NCBI GenBank assembly: GCA_030018495.1
Contig: JASEFS010000002.1
Location: 75,359 to 139,358, forward strand
DNA length: 64,000 bases
Direction: 5' to 3'
From: Deltaproteobacteria bacterium
GTDB lineage: Bacteria > Desulfobacterota > Desulfobaccia > Desulfobaccales > 0-14-0-80-60-11
The notes under the pieces are model-generated. The model saw only the letters and a program-made list of their open reading frames with translations. It did no database searches and was not told where the DNA came from. Shown here piece by piece: positions 46,291-55,368 of this stretch. The translations under genes were made by a program, and so were the position numbers. Position 1 is the first letter of the stretch, and the number at the start of each line of letters is the position of its first letter.

Positions 46291-47667
46291 ATGGGAAGCA
46301 AGGCCATCTTGGTGATCGACCCTCACCCTTTTTGGCGGGAAGTTAAGCCCAGGCTGGAAAAAACCCTTCAACTTGAACTGGTTCATGAGGATGCCGCGGT
46401 CTGCCTGGAGGAGGTTATGGCCAGCAAATTCTTCGCCATGGCTTTTATTTCCGAGTCATTGGCAGACCGAGCCTTGGGGGCCATCAAGCTGAAATTTCCG
46501 CTGCTTCCGGTGCTGGTGGTGACCTCCCGCCCCAGCGTCCAAGGCGCGGTGGCCGCCATGCGGGAGGGGGCCCAGGATTATCTGGCCCTGCCCCTGGCCT
46601 TCGAAAAACTCCGGGAGGTCATCCAGCCTGCACTCATCGGCGGGGACAACCACTGCTCTTCATGTAAAAATAAAACCGCGGACAACGGCCGGGTCCGTCC
46701 CGTCATCACCCGCAATCCTGCCATGCTGCACATTCTGCGACTGGCCGAAGCCGTGGCCCCGACCCGGGCCACCGTCCTCATCCAGGGGGAATCGGGCACG
46801 GGCAAGGAAATCCTGGCCCGTTACATCCACAGCAAAAGCGACCGCGCTGCCGGACCCTTTGTCGCGGTAAATTGCGCCGCGTTGCCGGAGGGGCTCCTGG
46901 AAAGCGAACTCTTCGGGCATGAAAAGGGCGCCTTCACCGGCGCCATCATGCGCAAACTGGGGAAGTTCGAACTGGCCCAAAACGGCACGCTGCTCTTGGA
47001 TGAAATCAGCGAAATGCATCCACACTTGCAGGCCAAGCTTTTGCGGGTCCTCCAGGAAAACGAAATCGACCGGGTGGGCGGCCGCCACGCCATACCCATT
47101 AATGTCCGGGTAATGGCCACCACCAACCAAAACCTTCCTGAAGTAATCCAGAAAGGCGGCTTCCGGGAGGATTTGTATTATCGCCTGCAAGTCATTTCTT
47201 TTGAGTTGCCGCCTCTCAGGGCCCGCCGGGATGACATCCCGCTTTTGGCCCGGCATTTCCTGCAGCACTTCTGCCGCCTGTTTGAGAAAGGCGCTCTAAA
47301 CTTCACCGCCGCCGCGCTGAGCGCCCTGGAAACGGCCCCCTGGCCGGGCAATGTCAGACAGTTGGAAAACGCCGTCGCCCGAGGGGTGCTCCTGGCCCAG
47401 AGTCCCAATCTTCATCCCCGGGATCTTTTCGGCGCCCTTCCGCCGGAAGCCGCAACCGCTTTGACTCCGGCCCTGCCGAACGGCAAACCGGTCACCTTAA
47501 GAGAGATGGAGCAGCAGATGATATTTACCACCTTGAATGAAACTTCGGGAAACCGCACCCACGCGGCCCGGCTTCTGGGCATCAGCGTGCGCACCTTGCG
47601 AAACAAGCTGCACGAGTACCGCCAGGAAGCCCTGGCCCAGACCTGCCGCCGTTCCCAGGTGGCCTGA
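46291..47667 (+). CDS. sigma-54-dependent activator with a degenerate receiver (FleQ/FlrA/FgrM-like flagellar regulator)
   Basis: The N-terminal receiver-like fold lacks the phospho-acceptor context (AMAFISESL instead of xxxxxD) and the conserved Lys (DYLALP). AAA+ GESGTGKE, canonical GAFTGA and a C-terminal HTH. Sits directly upstream of flgB. Confidence 0.8.
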   Translation: MGSKAILVIDPHPFWREVKPRLEKTLQLELVHEDAAVCLEEVMASKFFAMAFISESLADRALGAIKLKFPLLPVLVVTSRPSVQGAVAAMREGAQDYLALPLAFEKLREVIQPALIGGDNHCSSCKNKTADNGRVRPVITRNPAMLHILRLAEAVAPTRATVLIQGESGTGKEILARYIHSKSDRAAGPFVAVNCAALPEGLLESELFGHEKGAFTGAIMRKLGKFELAQNGTLLLDEISEMHPHLQAKLLRVLQENEIDRVGGRHAIPINVRVMATTNQNLPEVIQKGGFREDLYYRLQVISFELPPLRARRDDIPLLARHFLQHFCRLFEKGALNFTAAALSALETAPWPGNVRQLENAVARGVLLAQSPNLHPRDLFGALPPEAATALTPALPNGKPVTLREMEQQMIFTTLNETSGNRTHAARLLGISVRTLRNKLHEYRQEALAQTCRRSQVA

Positions 47668-47675
47668 TATTTGCT
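47660..47675 (+). promoter_or_regulatory. sigma-54 (-24/-12) promoter overlapping the activator stop codon
   Basis: TGGCCT-GATAT-TTGCT: GG and GC at the correct spacing and a full TTGCT -12 box. The TGA stop of the upstream gene is inside it. flgB starts ~220 nt downstream. Confidence 0.55.
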
Positions 47676-47896
47676 TTCCAAGTGCTGGTGGCCGGCAGAA
47701 ATGCGCCGCAAAAACAGGAGGGTTCTTATGCTTTTAAAAAATTCTTTCATTCAAATCGCCGTATTGGACAGGCTGACCGGCAGCTGCGGCGCTGCCGCCA
47801 GGTTCTGCCTGCAAGCCCCGCTCAGGGTCCTTATCCAAAACTTTAACGGCAGCTAGGCAAAATCTTCCTGTTTACCTTTTTACCCGGGAGTAAAAG

Positions 47897-48283
47897 ATGC
47901 CCTGGAACCCTTTCCAAGACAATCTGATTGACATCCTGGAGCATTCCCTCACCTGGCAAAGTCGCCGCCATGAGATCATTGCCGGGAACGTCGCCAACCT
48001 GGATACGCCTAATTACACCGGCAAGGAATTGGATTTTAAAGCTTTACTGGCAGGTTATGCAAACGGCGGCCCCCGGGTGCGCCTGACTGCCACCCATCCC
48101 GGCCATATTCAAGGCGAGCTCAGCACTCCGGCAGGATTTGTTCAAGACACGGGTAAAGCCGTGGACATTGATCGGGAAATGGTGGCAATGGCCGAAAACC
48201 AGCTTTCCTTTCAGGCCTCCGCACAGATGCTCGGCAAGAAACTGGAGGGTCTGAGAACCGTAATCGAAGGAGATCGGCGATGA
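47897..48283 (+). CDS. flgB: flagellar basal-body rod protein FlgB
   Basis: 128 aa with the rod-protein N-terminal motif (IIAGNVANLDTPNY). First gene of a flgBC-fliE block. Confidence 0.88.
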   Translation: MPWNPFQDNLIDILEHSLTWQSRRHEIIAGNVANLDTPNYTGKELDFKALLAGYANGGPRVRLTATHPGHIQGELSTPAGFVQDTGKAVDIDREMVAMAENQLSFQASAQMLGKKLEGLRTVIEGDRR

Positions 48284-48702
48284 ATATTTTCACCACTATG
48301 GAAATCAGCGCCTCAGGCCTGACGGCCCAGCGCCAGCGGTTAAACGTGATCGCCGAAAATCTGGCCAATGCCCACACCACGCGTACGCCCCGAGGGGGTC
48401 CCTATTTGCGCAAACACGTGGTTCTGGAGACGCGCCCGGCCGTGGAATTTGCCAGCTTTTTGGAAACTGCGGATAAAGTGGCCGTGGCCGACATTGTGGA
48501 AAGCCGGGAAGGCTTGCGCCCGGAATATGATCCGAACCATCCCGATGCCGATGAACAGGGTATGGTACTCTGGCCCAATGTCAATCCGGTGGTCGAAATG
48601 GTCAGTCTTACCCTGGCCAGCCGGGGCTTTGAGGCCAATGTCGCCGTCTTTCAGGCGGCCCGGGCCATGGCCTTGAAGGCCTTGGAAATCGGACGCGGCT
48701 AA
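48280..48702 (+). CDS. flgC: flagellar basal-body rod protein FlgC
   Basis: MEISASGLTAQRQRLNVIAENLANAHTTRT. Overlaps flgB by 4 nt. Confidence 0.92.
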   Translation: MNIFTTMEISASGLTAQRQRLNVIAENLANAHTTRTPRGGPYLRKHVVLETRPAVEFASFLETADKVAVADIVESREGLRPEYDPNHPDADEQGMVLWPNVNPVVEMVSLTLASRGFEANVAVFQAARAMALKALEIGRG

Positions 48703-48740
48703 TCCCAAGAGCGGGAATACCCTCTTAAAAGGTGCCCCCT

Positions 48741-49022
48741 ATGAAAGTTTCAGCGCCTGATATCCTCGCCCTATTTCCCTTGCCCGGTTTTGAGCCTGAC
48801 CGGGCCTCCTCCGGATCGGGCCTCTTTTCAAAGGTATTGGCGGAAGTCAACGACTTGCAGCACCGGGCCGACGCCAAAATCAAGGACTCCCTTTTGGGTC
48901 GAGCCGACCTTCATGAAACCATGCTTGCCATGGAAAGGGCCAGTCTGGGGCTAAAGGTCCTGGTCCAGGCCCGCAATAAGTTGGTCCAGGCCTATGAGGA
49001 ACTGAGCCGCATGAACATGTAA
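48741..49022 (+). CDS. fliE: flagellar hook-basal body complex protein FliE
   Basis: C-terminal VQARNKLVQAYEELSRMNM is the FliE signature. The likely start is the ATG at 48741. Confidence 0.88.
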   Translation: MKVSAPDILALFPLPGFEPDRASSGSGLFSKVLAEVNDLQHRADAKIKDSLLGRADLHETMLAMERASLGLKVLVQARNKLVQAYEELSRMNM

Positions 49023-49040
49023 TTATCAGCCCGGGTGAAT

Positions 49041-50702
49041 ATGGTGGATTCCCTGAAAAAAATCTGGATCGATCTGCAGCAGCGCTTCCTGGGCCTGCCC
49101 CCGGCCCAGCGCTTTTTGATTGCAGGTCTGGCCGGGGCTGCCTTGTTGGCCCTTGTGTTATTCGGCGTTCTCCGCACGGGTGGCGATTACGCCGCGCTCT
49201 TCACCAATCTTTCCCAGGACGATGCCGCCGGCATTGTCGCCAAACTGAAAGGGAAAAAAATCCCCTACCGCCTGGAGGCCGGGGGCACCGCCATCCTGGT
49301 GCCCCGCAGCGAAGTTTACGAAACCCGCCTCCTTCTGGCCAGCGAGGGCATGCCCCGGGGCGGCGGTGTGGGTTTCGAGATTTTCGACCGGCAAAACCTC
49401 GGGGTTACGGATTTTGTCCAGCGCCTGAATTATCAGCGGGCCTTGCAGGGGGAGCTGGCCCGCACCATCATCGGCATCCCCGAAATATCCGAAGCCCGGG
49501 TCCATATCGTCACGCCCAAGGAATCGCTGTTCATCGAGGACCAGCAAAAAGCCACCGCCTCGGTCGCGGTCAAGCTGCGCCCCGGTCGCATCTTGAGCCG
49601 CGCCCAGATTGACGGCATCGTGCATCTCGTCGCCAGCGCCGTCCCCGGTCTGCACCCCGGCCAGGTGACGGTGGTGGACTTGGACGGGCGTATTTTGAGC
49701 CGTTCCGAGGACAGCTTGACCCCTGGCGGCCTGAGTGCCGGGCAATTGACCATTCAACGCCAGGTGGAGGAAAGCTATGAGCACAAGCTGCAGTCGCTTT
49801 TCGATAGTATGCTGGGGGCAAGAAAATCCTTTGTTAGAGTTTCAGCGGACCTGGATTTTCAGAAAATCGACATCCGGGAAGAAACCTTTACCCCCAACCA
49901 GGACCTGATACGCAGCGAGCAAAAGACCTTGGAACGCACCACCCGGGCTCATGAGGGGTTTGGCAACCCGGAGGCCCGTTTTGACCTGAGTCAGGGAACC
50001 ATTACGCCCCCACCCCCCGGCAAGGGGCCACCGCCGCTGACTCCCCCGGCTCCTGTAAAACCTCCTGCGGCCAGCGGCACCGAGCGGCAAAGCGAATTGC
50101 GCAATTATGAAATAAACCGGGTCTTGCGCCAGGTAGTGGAGCAGCCCGGCAAGATCAAACGGCTGTCCATCGCCGTGGTGGTGGACGGCACTTATAAAGG
50201 CAAAGCTGACGCTTTCACCCCAAGAACTCCTGAAGAAATGCGGCAGTTCGCCAATTTGGCGAAGAAAGCCGTGGGCTTCAGCGTCGATCGGGGAGACCAA
50301 TTGGAGATTTCCTGCGCCCCGCTGGCCTTGCAGGCGCCTGACGGAGTGGTTGCCACCAGCACCATGGGCTGGCAGGAAGGCCTGTTTTCCACCTTGAAAA
50401 TCGGCTTGCTGATATTGGCCGTCCTGCTGGGCTTGATGTTCTTTCTCAAAAGGAAGCCCCTGCGAACCAGGCCCACCCTGTTGGAAGGTCCGCCTGCGTC
50501 CGTTCTCCCACCCCGGCCTAAACCGATGGCTTCCTTGCCCGAGGAGATGAACAGGACCCCTGGCTTGCCCGGCGGGGAACCCCAGGTGGCTTTGCCGGAT
50601 GCCGTGGCCGGGCAGGAACTTATCGGACAATTGATTACCTCCTATCCGGAGCGGACCATCGAGGTTCTGCGGCTCTGGCTCAACGATAAAGAAACCCGAT
50701 GA
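49041..50702 (+). CDS. fliF: flagellar M-S ring protein FliF
   Basis: ~550 aa with an N-terminal TM, YscJ/FliF domain (KIPYRLEAGGTAILVP, NYQRALQGELARTI) and a C-terminal TM. Confidence 0.92.
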   Translation: MVDSLKKIWIDLQQRFLGLPPAQRFLIAGLAGAALLALVLFGVLRTGGDYAALFTNLSQDDAAGIVAKLKGKKIPYRLEAGGTAILVPRSEVYETRLLLASEGMPRGGGVGFEIFDRQNLGVTDFVQRLNYQRALQGELARTIIGIPEISEARVHIVTPKESLFIEDQQKATASVAVKLRPGRILSRAQIDGIVHLVASAVPGLHPGQVTVVDLDGRILSRSEDSLTPGGLSAGQLTIQRQVEESYEHKLQSLFDSMLGARKSFVRVSADLDFQKIDIREETFTPNQDLIRSEQKTLERTTRAHEGFGNPEARFDLSQGTITPPPPGKGPPPLTPPAPVKPPAASGTERQSELRNYEINRVLRQVVEQPGKIKRLSIAVVVDGTYKGKADAFTPRTPEEMRQFANLAKKAVGFSVDRGDQLEISCAPLALQAPDGVVATSTMGWQEGLFSTLKIGLLILAVLLGLMFFLKRKPLRTRPTLLEGPPASVLPPRPKPMASLPEEMNRTPGLPGGEPQVALPDAVAGQELIGQLITSYPERTIEVLRLWLNDKETR

Positions 50703-50738
50703 TTCTCACTTTTTGACCGGAAAGGACCCGGGAAAATT

Positions 50739-51755
50739 GTGGCAGCCAAAACCGACAAGCTGAGCGGGTTGGACAAAGCGGCGCTCTTGCTTCTGAGTTT
50801 GGGAGAAGGCCAGGCCGGAGAAATTCTCAAGCGTCTGGATGACAAGGAAGTGCAGCTTCTGGGCCAGCGCATCTCCAAAATGGAAATAGTATCAACCAAG
50901 CAGATGGCCGCTATTCTTCAGGAATTCCGGCAAATGATGGAATCTCCTGAAGCCATTGTGGTCAAAGGAGACCAGTTTTTTAAGAACACCATCTCCCGCA
51001 CCATGGACGCCAATCGCCAGGAAAAGCTCATGGACAAGTTGGACTTGGAACAAAGCCCTGAATTTTTTCAGAAAATCAAAAAGTTGGATTCCCGCACCCT
51101 GGCGTCTTTTCTAGGCAATGAACATCCGCAGACCATCGCCCTGGTGCTGGCGCATTTGGACAGAAATCAGGCCGGCGGCGTTTTGGCGCAATTCTCCGAA
51201 AATATGCAACTGGAAGTAGTGCGGCGCATCGCCAGCCTGGACCAGGTATCCCCGGCCATAATTGAAGAAATCGACGCGGCCTTGAGAAACGAAATTACCC
51301 TGGTGGAAGAAGTGGGAGGCCGTCTGGTGGGGGGACCGCAATCCGTGGCGGAAATATTGAACCAGATGGAGCGCACCCAGGAAACCAGCATTTTGAAACG
51401 TCTCGAAGAAGAGGGTCAGGAGGATCTGGCCGAGGAAATCCGCCGCTACCTGTTCACTTTCGAGGACCTCCTGGGGGTGGAAGATCGGGGCATCATGGCG
51501 CTGCTTAAGGAAACCAACACACAGGATTTGGCTTTGGCCCTCAAAGCTGCCTCGGACGAACTGAAGGCAAAATTCTTCAGAAACATGTCCAGCCGCGCCG
51601 GGGAGATGCTGCAGGAGGAGCTGGACCTCATGGGACCGGTTAGACTCCGGGATGTGGAGGCGGTCCAGCAAAAGATCATCCAGATCGCCAAGCGCCTGGA
51701 AACCGAAGGACAGTTGGTGCTGGCCGGCAAGAGCGTTGAAGATATCTTTATCTAA
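50739..51755 (+). CDS. fliG: flagellar motor switch protein FliG
   Basis: LSGLDKAALLLLSLGE N-terminus and the MSSRAGEMLQEEL motif. 338 aa. Confidence 0.93.
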   Translation: MAAKTDKLSGLDKAALLLLSLGEGQAGEILKRLDDKEVQLLGQRISKMEIVSTKQMAAILQEFRQMMESPEAIVVKGDQFFKNTISRTMDANRQEKLMDKLDLEQSPEFFQKIKKLDSRTLASFLGNEHPQTIALVLAHLDRNQAGGVLAQFSENMQLEVVRRIASLDQVSPAIIEEIDAALRNEITLVEEVGGRLVGGPQSVAEILNQMERTQETSILKRLEEEGQEDLAEEIRRYLFTFEDLLGVEDRGIMALLKETNTQDLALALKAASDELKAKFFRNMSSRAGEMLQEELDLMGPVRLRDVEAVQQKIIQIAKRLETEGQLVLAGKSVEDIFI

Positions 51756-51769
51756 AGGTGTTCCCAACT

Positions 51770-52471
51770 ATGGTAAGCGGAAACATCGAAGCCTTCAGGT
51801 TCCCGGTTATCGAGGGAGATACGGGCTTGTCGCGGCCTGATGCCGACGGTTTCATTTTGCAAGCCTTCGACGGCAATGTCCCCTCCCGCACATTTCTTTC
51901 GGAAAAAGAGCTTATCAGCATGAGCGAACGCATTCTGGCGGAGGCTGAGGAAAAGCGTCAGCACATCGAACAGACGGCTTACGAGGAGGGTTTCCGCCAG
52001 GGTCAGAAAGACGGCCAGGAAGTGGGCCGTCGCGGACTGGAGGAAGTAATTCAGCGTTTTGAGACCCTGTTGGACGCCCTGGTAAGGGAAAAGGAGGTTT
52101 TATATCATCAGCGGGAACATGATTTGGTGGAATTGGTCCGGCTGATCGCCCGGAAAGTCGTCGGGCGGGAACTGACCCTTCATCCCGAGGCCATTCGCGA
52201 TCTGGTGGCGTGCGGCTTTGAGACCCTGTTCCAAGCCGAGCAGATTACGCTCCTGGTTCATCCTCAGGATTATGAACTTTTGATTCATGATTCTAAAGAG
52301 TCCTGGCCTCCAGGTCTGTCACTGGTTTCGGACAGCTCGGTCTGCCCCGGCGGTTTCAGATTGGAAACCGAACAGGGGGGCCTGGACGGCACCCTGGAAG
52401 GACGTTGGGCACGGGTAGACCAGGCGATTGACGAGATCTTGGGAAAAGCAGATGCAGACGGGGCCGCTTAA
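51770..52471 (+). CDS. fliH: flagellar assembly protein FliH
   Basis: Position between fliG and fliI. Charged coiled-coil followed by a FliH/YscL-type C-terminal domain. Start is 51758 (GTG) or 51770 (ATG). Confidence 0.75.
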   Translation: MVSGNIEAFRFPVIEGDTGLSRPDADGFILQAFDGNVPSRTFLSEKELISMSERILAEAEEKRQHIEQTAYEEGFRQGQKDGQEVGRRGLEEVIQRFETLLDALVREKEVLYHQREHDLVELVRLIARKVVGRELTLHPEAIRDLVACGFETLFQAEQITLLVHPQDYELLIHDSKESWPPGLSLVSDSSVCPGGFRLETEQGGLDGTLEGRWARVDQAIDEILGKADADGAA

Positions 52472-53777
52472 CTGGCAGGATTTGCACCGGTCGGTGGAGG
52501 AAATCGAAACCATCGCCTTCACCGGGCTGGTCGAGGAGATGGTCGGCCTGGTCATCAAGAGCAAGGGGCCTCATGCCCCGGTGGGCGCGGTCTGCCGCGT
52601 GGAGCTGCGGTCCTCTTCGACGGCCGTGCCTGCAGAAATTGTGGGATTCCGCCAGGACCAGGTTCTGCTTATGCCTTATGGCGAGGTGCGCGGCATTAAA
52701 CCGCAAACGCGCCTGATTCTTACGGCCCGTCAATCCAGAGCCCCTGTGGGAGAAGGATTGCTGGGCCGGGTCATCGATGGTCTGGGCAGACCATTGGACG
52801 GCAAAGGACCTCTGAAATTGACGGAGAACCGACTGCTGCACGCTCCTCCTCTGAATCCCTGCAGCCGCCGGAATATCGACCAGCCGGTGGACGTGGGCAT
52901 ACGCGCCATTAACGCTCTGCTCACTTTGGGGAAGGGGCAGCGCATCGGCATCTTTGCCGGCTCCGGGGTGGGCAAAAGCACCCTGATGGGCATGATGGCC
53001 CGCTACACCCACTCGGACGTGAACGTCATCGGCCTTATCGGGGAACGGGGTCGGGAAGTCAAGGAATTCATTGACCGGGATTTGGGACCCGCCGGGCTGG
53101 CCCGCTCCTGTGTGGTGGCATCCACTTCCGACACCCCGCCTCTGGTGCGTCTGCGCGGGGCTTATCTGGCCACAACCATTGCCGAATATTTCCGCGACCA
53201 GGGCAAAGACGTCATCCTGATGCTCGATTCCCTCACCAGGTTTGCCATGGCTTCCCGGGAGATCGGCTTGGCCATCGGCGAACCTCCCACGGCCCGGGGC
53301 TACACTCCTTCGGTCTTCAACCAGTTGCCCAAACTTCTGGAACGGGCCGGGGCCTGTCAGGAAACAGGAAGCATAACCGGCATTTACACGGTCCTGGTGG
53401 AAGGCGATGATCTTTTGGAACCCATTGCCGACGCCAGCCGCGCCATTCTGGACGGGCACATCGTGCTGAGCCGGGAGCTGGCCGACCAGGGTCACTATCC
53501 CGCCATTGATATTTTGGGCAGCATAAGCCGCCTTATGCCCCAAGTTTCGCCGCCTGAGCAACTTAAACTCCGGGAGGAGCTTGTCAAAGTGATGGCCGCC
53601 TACCGCCGGGCCGAAGACCTGGTCAACATCAACGCTTATGTGCAGGGCTCCAATCCGGAGATTGATTACGCCCTGGAAAAAATCGGTTCAGTCCGGGAAT
53701 TCCTCCGTCAGGGAATGACTGAGAGCGTTTCCCTGTCACAAGCCAGAAAAGAACTTGAGGATCTGTTCAGGCCATGA
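52452..53777 (+). CDS. fliI: flagellum-specific ATP synthase FliI
   Basis: Walker A GSGVGKST and Walker B ILMLDSLTRFA. F1-ATPase beta-like. Confidence 0.93.
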   Translation: MQTGPLNWQDLHRSVEEIETIAFTGLVEEMVGLVIKSKGPHAPVGAVCRVELRSSSTAVPAEIVGFRQDQVLLMPYGEVRGIKPQTRLILTARQSRAPVGEGLLGRVIDGLGRPLDGKGPLKLTENRLLHAPPLNPCSRRNIDQPVDVGIRAINALLTLGKGQRIGIFAGSGVGKSTLMGMMARYTHSDVNVIGLIGERGREVKEFIDRDLGPAGLARSCVVASTSDTPPLVRLRGAYLATTIAEYFRDQGKDVILMLDSLTRFAMASREIGLAIGEPPTARGYTPSVFNQLPKLLERAGACQETGSITGIYTVLVEGDDLLEPIADASRAILDGHIVLSRELADQGHYPAIDILGSISRLMPQVSPPEQLKLREELVKVMAAYRRAEDLVNINAYVQGSNPEIDYALEKIGSVREFLRQGMTESVSLSQARKELEDLFRP

Positions 53778-54232
53778 TTACCCGCGGCCGGTTTCGCTTT
53801 TCCCTGGAAACAGTGCTTCGCGTTCGGATATTGCGGGAAGAACAAGCGCGCCTGGAACTGGTCCAGGCCTTGGCACTCCTTGAGCGGCACCGCTTGTCTC
53901 TAAAAGAAACCGAGCGGCTTTTGGCCGAGGAGATGCACGCCTGGCGCAGCGCCATGCCCCGCGCCGTCACGATTCAGGATTACCGGATCCGGGCCGGCTA
54001 TCTGGAGCACCTGAAAGGCGCCATACAGGACTGGCAACTCCGGATCAACCGGCAAAAAGCGGAAGTAGAGGCAAAACAGCGGCGGGTGCAGCATCTTTAT
54101 CGAGAGCGGCGCCTGCTTGCCAATCTCAGGGATAAGCAATACCTGCGCTTCAAACGGGAGCTGGCCAGGGGCTTGGAAAAAGAAGCGGAAGCCGCGGTAC
54201 TGTCGCGTTGGCCCGGAAACGCAATATTTTGA
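53774..54232 (+). CDS. fliJ: flagellar export chaperone FliJ
   Basis: 152-aa coiled-coil protein overlapping the fliI stop by 4 nt. The position is conserved. Confidence 0.7.
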   Translation: MITRGRFRFSLETVLRVRILREEQARLELVQALALLERHRLSLKETERLLAEEMHAWRSAMPRAVTIQDYRIRAGYLEHLKGAIQDWQLRINRQKAEVEAKQRRVQHLYRERRLLANLRDKQYLRFKRELARGLEKEAEAAVLSRWPGNAIF

Positions 54233-54299
54233 AGCATGGAGCGGCCTTAGAAAAAGAATCAGGGTCCCTGAAAAATCAGGCTTCAAGGCTGGAGGAAGT

Positions 54300-54866
54300 A
54301 TGCAAAGCGCTCATGGAATTCCGTGGCCGGGTTGGCATCTCATGCAAGCCCTGCTGGTGGGAGGATTGGTGCTCAAGTTGGCGGTTTCAGGGCTTTGCCT
54401 GGCTCCGACAGCCTTGTGGGACTGGGCCGGACCCAAGGTGAGCGAAGCCGCCACCCATGCCGCCGGCCCGGCGGACAGCCCCCCGTCTTTGCCCCGCCTG
54501 TTCAGCCTGATGCACCAGGAACGCTCAGCCCTCCAGGCCAGGGCCTCGGCTGTGGCGGTGAAGGAGGAACAACTGCGCATTCTCCAGAAGGAGGTGGAGG
54601 ATCGGCTTCAGGAGCTCAAGGGACTACAACTTAAAATTTTGGACTTGATGGAGGAGGAAAAGCGCATCAAACACGAACACAACCGCCATCTGGTTTCAAC
54701 CCTGACGGCCATGCCCGCGGACAGGGCCGCCAGGCTGCTGGAAAAAATGGAGGAAGAGACGGCGGTAATGCTGCTCCGAAATCTCAAGGGCAAAGAGGCG
54801 GGCGCCATCCTGGCGGTGCTCTCTCCGGACAAAGCCGCCCGGTTAAGTCAGCGGCTCCTGCAATAG
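54300..54866 (+). CDS. MotE/YlxF-like flagellar protein (MgtE-N-type domain)
   Basis: GGAGGAAGT precedes the ATG at 54300. N-terminal TM, coiled-coil, then C-terminal PADRAARLLEKMEEETAVMLLRNLKGKEAGAILAVLSPDKAARL. Confidence 0.6.
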   Translation: MQSAHGIPWPGWHLMQALLVGGLVLKLAVSGLCLAPTALWDWAGPKVSEAATHAAGPADSPPSLPRLFSLMHQERSALQARASAVAVKEEQLRILQKEVEDRLQELKGLQLKILDLMEEEKRIKHEHNRHLVSTLTAMPADRAARLLEKMEEETAVMLLRNLKGKEAGAILAVLSPDKAARLSQRLLQ

Positions 54867-54912
54867 TCAAACCGGGGCCGGTCCGATGTTCATTGAGCCG
54901 GACAGGAGATTA

Positions 54913-54928
54913 TGGTAAGCTTGGGGCT
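54913..54928 (+). promoter_or_regulatory. weak sigma-54-like -24/-12 element
   Basis: TGGTAA-GCTTG-GGGCT. The invariant GG and GC are at the correct spacing, but the TT of the -12 box is missing. Lies 24 nt before the ATG at 54952. Confidence 0.25.
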
Positions 54929-54951
54929 ATAAATATGAAGAGAGGTGCCTC

Positions 54952-55326
54952 ATGCCGGAAGCTTACCCCGCCTCGCCCAGAGAGGCCATCCTGGTTTTTC
55001 ATCTGGCCGACCGGTTGAAGTCCGAGCTCTTGATAGCCTCGAGCCTCCTCAGCGCCGTACTCCAGCTCAAAGATGCCGAGCAGGAAGGGGGGCGCAAGGT
55101 CCTGCTGGAATTCTTCCGGGCCCTGGAGCGGGAGATGTCTCTTGGTCAGATCACTTTCAAAGACCCTGAGATGGTGCGGGTTCAAACCGTGATGACCGGT
55201 TTGGTGGGCATGGTGAACGCCGGCCCCTTGCACGAAGTCCAGGGTCATTTGACCTGGGTGATCAGCAACATGACCACCCACGCGCAGCGGGCTATGCAAT
55301 ATCTCCTGGATCAGAAGATGCTCTAG
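54952..55326 (+). CDS. hypothetical helical protein (124 aa)
   Basis: Protein-like composition, with GAGAGG upstream. It is the last + strand gene after the flagellar block. Family not recognised. Confidence 0.45.
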   Translation: MPEAYPASPREAILVFHLADRLKSELLIASSLLSAVLQLKDAEQEGGRKVLLEFFRALEREMSLGQITFKDPEMVRVQTVMTGLVGMVNAGPLHEVQGHLTWVISNMTTHAQRAMQYLLDQKML

Positions 55327-55368
55327 CCGAGAGAATCGGGTGATGGTCTACATTTGCCGCGTTCCCGG

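Noticed and set aside
47671-47856. A 61-aa ORF in the flgB leader
   Set aside because: It has no Shine-Dalgarno and a Cys/Arg-rich, non-protein-like composition. It starts inside the -12 promoter box.
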